Source: an uncultured delta proteobacterium (lineage in GTDB: Bacteria > Desulfobacterota > Desulfomonilia > UBA1062). From it: a stretch of 64,000 nucleotides of DNA. Where the stretch lies: NCBI GenBank assembly GCA_963752595.1, contig CAVVYZ010000022.1, positions 32,001-96,000 of the forward strand, written 5' to 3'. Positions 58,010-64,000 of this stretch are shown piece by piece (within the stretch, counting starts at the first letter, position 1; every line of letters starts with the position of its first letter). The notes below the pieces were generated by a model. That model ran no database searches and had not been told where the DNA came from. It saw only the letters and a program-made list of their open reading frames with translations. The position numbers and the translations under genes are program-made.

Positions 58010-58435
58010 TTATTCCGAGAACCGTTGTATGATCTTTTGCAGGATGGAGCTGAAGGCATCGATTTCCTCCTGTGACAGCCCTTCCTTGATCGCATCGTTG
58101 TGCTGCTTGGTGATGCTCAGGCATTTCATGGCCGCAAGTCTGCCTGTTTCCGTGAGGAATAACTTTATGGCCCTGCGATCCGAAGGGACAGCTTTGCGCT
58201 TTACGAGGTTCTTGCTTTCCAGCCGGTCTACGAGCCCGGTAATTGCCGATTTATCCAATATGAGGGCGCGGCTGAGCTCGGTGAGCAGACACCCGTCGTT
58301 GGCCATCAGATAATAAAGTGCGCCGGACTGTGCCGCCGTCACCCCTGCAGAATCGATAAGGGCCTGGTCGAGCTTTGTGAACAGCCGGTTCCTGGCCTGC
58401 CCGAGAAGAAATATAAACCGTTCATCTTTTTTCAT
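58010..58435 (-). CDS. MarR family transcriptional regulator
   Basis: GVTAAQ, ELSRALILDKSAITGLVDRLE, DRRAIKLFLTETG. Confidence 0.92.
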   Translation of the reverse strand: MKKDERFIFLLGQARNRLFTKLDQALIDSAGVTAAQSGALYYLMANDGCLLTELSRALILDKSAITGLVDRLESKNLVKRKAVPSDRRAIKLFLTETGRLAAMKCLSITKQHNDAIKEGLSQEEIDAFSSILQKIIQRFSE

Positions 58436-58475
58436 AAGCACCCGTCCTGTTTTTCTTTATCATTAGTATAGGATC

Positions 58476-58501
58476 TTGGTAGTTGATATATCAACTACCA
58501 A
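58476..58501. promoter_or_regulatory. Perfect 26-bp palindrome, probable MarR operator
   Basis: TTGGTAGTTGATATATCAACTACCAA in the divergent intergenic region, about 40 nt upstream of marR. Confidence 0.75.
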
Positions 58502-58602
58502 CTCCCTAGTCCCCTCCCTTATGCCTTCGTAAACCGGTATTTTCTTCACAAGGGAAAAGGTATTATAGTACCGGTTGTATCTGTTTATGATGAGGAGACT
58601 CC

Positions 58603-61449
58603 ATGAATAGCTTCTATTTCACGGCTAAGAGGGCTTTGCATGCATTCCTGATCTGCATCGTTTCCCTGCTTTTCTTACCGTTGTGCGCCTCGGCGCGGTA
58701 TGACCCGGCATGGGAATGGTACACGATCCGGACCGATGATTTCGTCATCTATTACCCCAAAGGCCATGAGCTGTTTGCCCAGCGTATCCTCTCACTCTGC
58801 GAAGAGGTCAGGAGCGACGTCAGCGGGTATCTCGGTGTCGAGCCGCGGCCCTGCCCCATAGTCCTGAACCCCGGTACGGATATCTTTAACGGCTATATGA
58901 ATATATTCCCCAGCATGATTTCCCTGTACGAGGCGCCTCTCTATACCTTGAGGGGGCTTGGCCCCGGCTCGGATCTTATGGATCTGGTCTTCACCCATGA
59001 GTACACCCACTATGTCCATATAACGACCCGGCTCGGATGGTATGCCGGATTGACGGATCTGCTGGGAAATGGCCTTGAAATTTCAAACATCGTATCCCCC
59101 GGATGGGTCGTAGAAGGCATCACGACCAATACCGAGACCCTGTTCACCGACGGCGGGAGGGGCCGGTCTCCACTCTTCACCGGCCAGATGATGTCTTTCA
59201 CCGAAGGCAAAGGACTCTGGGACCTCAACTCGGCAGCAGTATCCTCACCCTACTCTCCCCCGGGTTCGAGGATCTACCTTGCAGGATACCATATGATCGA
59301 TTACCTGAACCGCACCTACGGCCCTGATGCGTTTGCGCGTCTGAGCCGCTACCAGGCAGCGCACCCCCTGGGAGGCACGGCTGAGGCCCTGATGAGCGTG
59401 ACCAATGAATATCCCGATCGGTTCTACTCCGGTTTTCTGCGCGATTTCGAGGCCCGTACGAAAAAAACAAAAGATGAGGCACTATCCGTCGGCCTGCCCT
59501 CAGGGAGGACCGTGCTGGGAGAAGATGCGTATCTCGACGGCTTCGAGTCTCATTTCTGGACTCAGACCGGGACCATTATCGGGCTCAGGAGAGGGTACGA
59601 CAGGAAGACCGCCCTGGTCGAGGTCGAACCCTCAACAGGAAGAATACTGGATGAAAAACCCACGGGCATCCTGGCGAACCTCTCCAGCCGGAGGCTTTCA
59701 GACGGCCGGCTGGTGATACCGGAGGTGTTCTATCACCCCTTTGGCGAAGGCGAGATCGATTCGACCGATCTCGTGATCTTTAACCCGGACACGATGAAGC
59801 ATGACCGGCTGACCAGGAATGCACATATCTATTCAGCGGCTCTCTCACCCGATGGCCGCACCTTTGCAGCCACGCGAAGGAACGGAATGTGGATCGACCT
59901 CGTGCTTCTCGACGCAGACGGGTCGAACATCAGGCCTCTCGTCTCAAAGGCCGGGGTGTATTTCGACGCACCATGCTGGTCGCCTGACGGCTCCCGTATC
60001 GCTGCAGTGGTGAAGGCCGGCCGGAACTCGGACATCGCGCTGGCCGATCCCCTGACAGGCGCCATGGAACTGCTCTTCCAATCGGATGCCGCCGAAGACA
60101 ACGACCCCGAATTCTCATCCGATGGAAAATGGCTTGTATTCTCTTCCGACAGGAGCGGCATCTGGAATGTCTATGCCTGGAACCTCCCGGAGAAAAGACT
60201 GTATCAGCTCACCTCCGTACCCTACGTGGCAGAGGACCCGCATGCCTCGCCTGACGGGAAGACCCTCTCGTTCTCCAGCACGATACGGGGGGTGAAGCAG
60301 GTGTGCACTCTGCCTTTCACCCCCTCAGAAGGCAAGCCCATAGAAGTACTGCAGGCTTCCGCTGTCGGCGAGCCTGATCTGAAGCGCCTCCAGCCCGAGG
60401 TCGCATTTACCGGTGCTGAAGGTATCCCCAATGCGGCATACAAGCCCTTCCTTCATGTCCTTTATGTCAGTTCCGACGAGGAAGGTACACAGGCAGGCAT
60501 TTTCATTATGGGAGCTGACCCGGTGGGGATAAATGCCTATACCCTGGGCCTTCTGTACGGGTTCGGGTCGAACCGGCCGGGATACGATATCAACCTCGTC
60601 AACAGGTCTTTCTGGCCGACCCTGACAGCCCGCATCTACGACACCTCCGTGGAAGGAGACACCGTAGGCGGGGGAAGTGACTTCTGGTTCCGCGAAAGGG
60701 GCGGAGAGCTGTCCGCGGGATTGAACACCATTCACCGGATCACGCCGAGCTCCATCACCTCATCGATCCGCATCGGCCCGCGGCTGAGGCATTTCAGCTC
60801 ATTAAACGACAATATCCATCTCAGCGATGCCTTTGATCAATCAGTCGGCGTCTTCGGAGAAATGAAATTTTCCAGGAAACCTGATTCCCCTTCGAGGGAC
60901 ATGGTGACCTCCTGGGGCCAGGACCTCTTCCTGACCTATGAAAAGGGTCTGTCCAAGCTGGGGGGAGAGCTTCCCGGTTATAACGCAGCCGCTTCACTAA
61001 CCCAGTACGTGCCGTCGTATTTCCGCCACCAGGGCTTTGCATTGACCCTTGCCCACCAGTCCCAGAAAGGTCTTCTCTCTTATGACAAGATTTACATACC
61101 CAGGGGATACAGCGACAATGACTCAGATGGAGGGTTTCTCCTGAAGAGGAACCTCCTCATGACCGCCGAGTACCACTTCCCGATTCTCTACACCGATGGC
61201 GGCCTGGGCCTGAGCGCCTATCACAGCGACCTTCTCAAAGGCTCGGTCTTTATCGACTACGGGGCAGGATGGGAAGGCGGCTTTGACTGGGATTCCTGGA
61301 ATGCCGAAGCCAGGACGTCCATCGGGGCAACCCTGACGAACAAGTGCGTGCTTTTTGCGCTCCTGCCCATTGAATTCGGCATTCAGGCAGGCTACAAAAC
61401 GCATGAGCACGAGGGCTTCATGAATTTTCTCTTGAGGTTCGAGCTGTAA
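58603..61449 (+). CDS. Exported protein: zinc metallopeptidase-like domain, TolB/PD40 beta-propeller and Omp85-type beta-barrel
   Basis: Signal peptide ending ASA; HEYTH plus WVVEG; repeats SPDGR/WSPDGS/FSSDGK/SPDGK; barrel motifs PRGY, AEYHFP, FIDYG. Confidence 0.75.
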   Translation: MNSFYFTAKRALHAFLICIVSLLFLPLCASARYDPAWEWYTIRTDDFVIYYPKGHELFAQRILSLCEEVRSDVSGYLGVEPRPCPIVLNPGTDIFNGYMNIFPSMISLYEAPLYTLRGLGPGSDLMDLVFTHEYTHYVHITTRLGWYAGLTDLLGNGLEISNIVSPGWVVEGITTNTETLFTDGGRGRSPLFTGQMMSFTEGKGLWDLNSAAVSSPYSPPGSRIYLAGYHMIDYLNRTYGPDAFARLSRYQAAHPLGGTAEALMSVTNEYPDRFYSGFLRDFEARTKKTKDEALSVGLPSGRTVLGEDAYLDGFESHFWTQTGTIIGLRRGYDRKTALVEVEPSTGRILDEKPTGILANLSSRRLSDGRLVIPEVFYHPFGEGEIDSTDLVIFNPDTMKHDRLTRNAHIYSAALSPDGRTFAATRRNGMWIDLVLLDADGSNIRPLVSKAGVYFDAPCWSPDGSRIAAVVKAGRNSDIALADPLTGAMELLFQSDAAEDNDPEFSSDGKWLVFSSDRSGIWNVYAWNLPEKRLYQLTSVPYVAEDPHASPDGKTLSFSSTIRGVKQVCTLPFTPSEGKPIEVLQASAVGEPDLKRLQPEVAFTGAEGIPNAAYKPFLHVLYVSSDEEGTQAGIFIMGADPVGINAYTLGLLYGFGSNRPGYDINLVNRSFWPTLTARIYDTSVEGDTVGGGSDFWFRERGGELSAGLNTIHRITPSSITSSIRIGPRLRHFSSLNDNIHLSDAFDQSVGVFGEMKFSRKPDSPSRDMVTSWGQDLFLTYEKGLSKLGGELPGYNAAASLTQYVPSYFRHQGFALTLAHQSQKGLLSYDKIYIPRGYSDNDSDGGFLLKRNLLMTAEYHFPILYTDGGLGLSAYHSDLLKGSVFIDYGAGWEGGFDWDSWNAEARTSIGATLTNKCVLFALLPIEFGIQAGYKTHEHEGFMNFLLRFEL

Positions 61450-62716
61450 AGAAAGCCTATGCCACGGAGGCCTCTTGCCTCCGCCCTTTCATCCCATATG
61501 CTCATGAGATAGCTTTTGTTTTCCTCAAAGCACCTCGCCTGCTGCTCGACAAGCTCTTCGGCCTGATGAGAGTCCATATCCCTGGACTGGTTCACGAAGG
61601 AGGCCACCCGGGCATAGTACAGGGGCTCCACCAGTTCGATGAGCTTGTAGCGGTTTTTCTTCCAGGAATGGAACGTTGCGGCGAGCTCATAGAGGATCTT
61701 GACCCAGATCTCGCAGGGAACAAGAAGTCGTGCTTTTTCGATCCGATCTTCTCGATCTCCCGGTAAGCATTCCGGGGAAAAGACCTCCTTCCACAGGACT
61801 CCGAAGTGCCGGAAGCCGGCCTTGAAATTTTCCAGCAGGGCATCCATGTTCACCTCGACGGGTTCCGGCTCGGTGAATCCCTGCATGCCGAAGGTCTCCA
61901 CCGGGTTGCTGCCTTGACCTTTCTCCAGTATTCCTCGTAGACCTCCATGAGGGTGAAGAGGGTCCAGATGACCTGGCGGAACATGGGGCCCAGGTGGTGG
62001 GAGGGGTCCTTCGCGTCGTGGATCTTCACCCCCAGGTTCGACTGGCAGATCTTGAAGCCGCTTGGTGATGGCGTGGTGGTCATCCAGATGTCGATGCCGA
62101 AGCGGGCCACGTCGGTCTCCCAGACGTCCTGGTCCGCGTAGAACTTGGCCACGTCCTGGGAAAAGGCGAAATCGCCGCCGATGGGCTGGCGGATCCGCTT
62201 GCCGTACAGGGCGCGGGTGAGGTTGTAGACGATGTTGTTGGTGATGGTGCCGTCGTACTTGTGCCGCATGTACACGGGGGCCACGAACTGGTAGCCTTTC
62301 TCCAGCACCGGGTCCAGGAGGTATTTGACCCAGTCCGCGTGATGCTGCGCAGGTCGGAATCCACCACGGCGCAGGCCTTGACCTTCAGCCGCTCGGCCGC
62401 CTCGAAGATGGACCGCAGGGCGGTGCCCTTGCCCGCCGGGCCCCGGTAGATGGAGACGATCTTTTCCTGCCAGGGCTTGATCTGGAACTCCTTGGCCACC
62501 TCGCGGGTGTCGTCGGTGGAGCCGCCGTCGGCGATCGAAGATGACGCTCCGCTTGTCCTTGTAGTGCCGGGCCAGGCCGTGGGTGACCATCTGGATGACG
62601 TGCTCGATGGTGCTCTCGTTGTTGTAGCAGGGGATGCCCACGAGGATATCGGCGGATTCGATCTCCTCGATGCCTTTGAGGTATATGCCCTCAACGCCGT
62701 GTCATAATTGAAGCAA
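61392..62716 (-). CDS. Glucosylglycerate/mannosylglycerate synthase-like GT-A glycosyltransferase; several frameshifts, ends approximate
   Basis: GIPCYNNE, DGGSTDDT, GKGTAL, VVDSDL, RHKYDGTITN, RQPIGGDF, FGIDIWMT, KIHDAKDP, LGPMFRQV. Confidence 0.75.
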
Positions 62717-62916
62717 ACTGCTCTCCTTTCGTTCTGTGGCTTTTTTCGGGATGCCGTTCGTGAGAGCGGCTCTTAAAAAATACATTACGAAAGAACAAGT
62801 CAACCCGAAAACCATATCGGGATTGCATGACACAGCACTCCGAGTTAATTGCCGGGAAGAAAACCGATATTCCTATGAATTTTTTGACTGCCCGATATGC
62901 GCATTTCGGGTGCAAA

Positions 62917-63674
62917 CTACCTCATCGGGGATACGGGTGAGATGAGCGGCATAAGATCAGTGCAGAAATCAGTCGTCGAGGATGCCCCGGCATTCTTCGA
63001 GAGCATGATGCGGGTATCGACGGCGATACAGCTCTCGGGAGTGCATTTCAGCGGGATTGACATCCACTGACTCGATCGAATCCTGAAATCCATAATGAAA
63101 TCGGAAAACGAGAGAACACTCGGCGAGATTTTCCATGCTGATCGGCTCTGAGCCGCGGTACCCTTCAAGAAGTTTGCGGCCCCGGAGATGGCCGGCCATC
63201 TGTACCACATCACGGGGCTCAAGCGGGGCCATCCTCAGGCTGACATCCTGATAGATCTCGACACTCGTGCCGCCTATGCCCAGCAGGATCATCGGGCCGA
63301 ACTGGTAGTCGATCTGTGCCCCGAGGATGAGCTCCAGCCCGGTGGCCATTTCTTCGACGATCATCCCGGTAAATCCCTGTATGGAAGCACAACCTGTCGA
63401 ACGTCTCGATAAGCTCTTCATCGTTATCGATTCCCACTTCCACCCCATGGACTTCCGACTTATGGAGCACGTCAGGAGAAACGACCTTTGCCACGACAGG
63501 ATACCCGATCTCTTGAGCTGCATCCTGTGCTTCCGTATGGGTCAGCGCAACTCTGAACCTCGGTATGGAAAGGCCTGCCAGCAATAAAATGCGCTCTGCA
63601 TCGGGTTCCAGCACCCAGCCCCGTGCAGCGGACCGCGAGATGATCTCCTGGATGCCTTCTTTTCCTTCTACCAT
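62917..63674 (-). CDS. ADP-forming acetate/acyl-CoA synthetase beta (ATP-grasp) subunit; frameshifted
   Basis: IGYPVVAKVVSPDVLHKSEVHGV, ELILGAQIDYQFGPMILLGIGG, LLEGYRG, DVNP. Confidence 0.82.
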
Positions 63675-64000
63675 GGCTTGTTCCTCCTCAGTGCCTGTGC
63701 CATCAATACCGCCCCTTCGATTGATGGGGAGACAGGTACGCCGTTGAGCTCGAACCCCTCGGTGAGCATCTGGTATTTTTCTTCATGCGGGACATAAGCG
63801 ATAAGGGGTATTCCCAGTTCCCGGGAGATATTGCTCAGCCTTGATCCCAGATCCAGGGTGATGCCGGGGAGATAAGGCAGGAGGAGTGCAACGATGCAGT
63901 CGACCTTCCCGCTTTCTGCCAAAGATCTGGTACAGTAGGAAAAATCGTCATCGGTTGCGCTGCCTGTAAGATCAATGGGGTTTCCCAGCGACGCGATTGC
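63668..64000 (-). CDS. ADP-forming acyl-CoA synthetase alpha subunit, C-terminal part (runs off the right edge)
   Basis: Minus strand reads ASLGNPIDLTGSATDDDF, then GVPVSPSIEGAV; abuts the beta subunit. Confidence 0.72.
   Translation of the reverse strand, partial: AIASLGNPIDLTGSATDDDFSYCTRSLAESGKVDCIVALLLPYLPGITLDLGSRLSNISRELGIPLIAYVPHEEKYQMLTEGFELNGVPVSPSIEGAVLMAQALRRNKPW

Overview
Chromosomal window from what looks like an anaerobic deltaproteobacterium (Desulfobacterota/Syntrophales-like; inferred from gene families, not proven). Indel-rich patches (about 1-4100, 14600-17850, 47760, 55910, 61900-63400) split conserved genes and most likely reflect long-read consensus errors. The left two-thirds is a nitrogen-assimilation supercluster: carB, an atypical amino-sugar block (nagB-like, glmM, a GlmU-like half-enzyme, a 1235-aa GlmS with an internal catalytic Cys and a duplicated promoter/leader), carA, a three-gene glutamate synthase, a GAF-AAA+ sigma54 activator, amtB-PII-glnD-hisF, an archaeal-type ammonia-dependent asparagine synthetase and purF. 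Three exact sigma54 promoters and one near match share an ACAAWWTTGT-like upstream palindrome. An accessory block (MMPL transporter, RCC1 lipoprotein, hybrid kinase and response regulator, MacAB-type ABC system) interrupts this cluster. The best candidate for an uncharacterised system is 42802-51402: C39-like peptidase, RimK-type ATP-grasp ligase, GCS2 ligase, N-formylglutamate amidohydrolase, a six-hairpin glycosidase-like protein and a GT4-DUF374(LpxJ-like) fusion, which suggests a make-and-break pathway for a peptide-decorated glycolipid or solute. The right end has dnaJ, a CbpM/HspR-like gene, a CPA2 antiporter, CIRCE-groESL, marR-dinB, a metallopeptidase-propeller-Omp85 protein, a glucosyl/mannosylglycerate synthase-like GT2 and ADP-forming acyl-CoA synthetase subunits. 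No rRNA, tRNA, CRISPR array, transposase or integrase was recognised.
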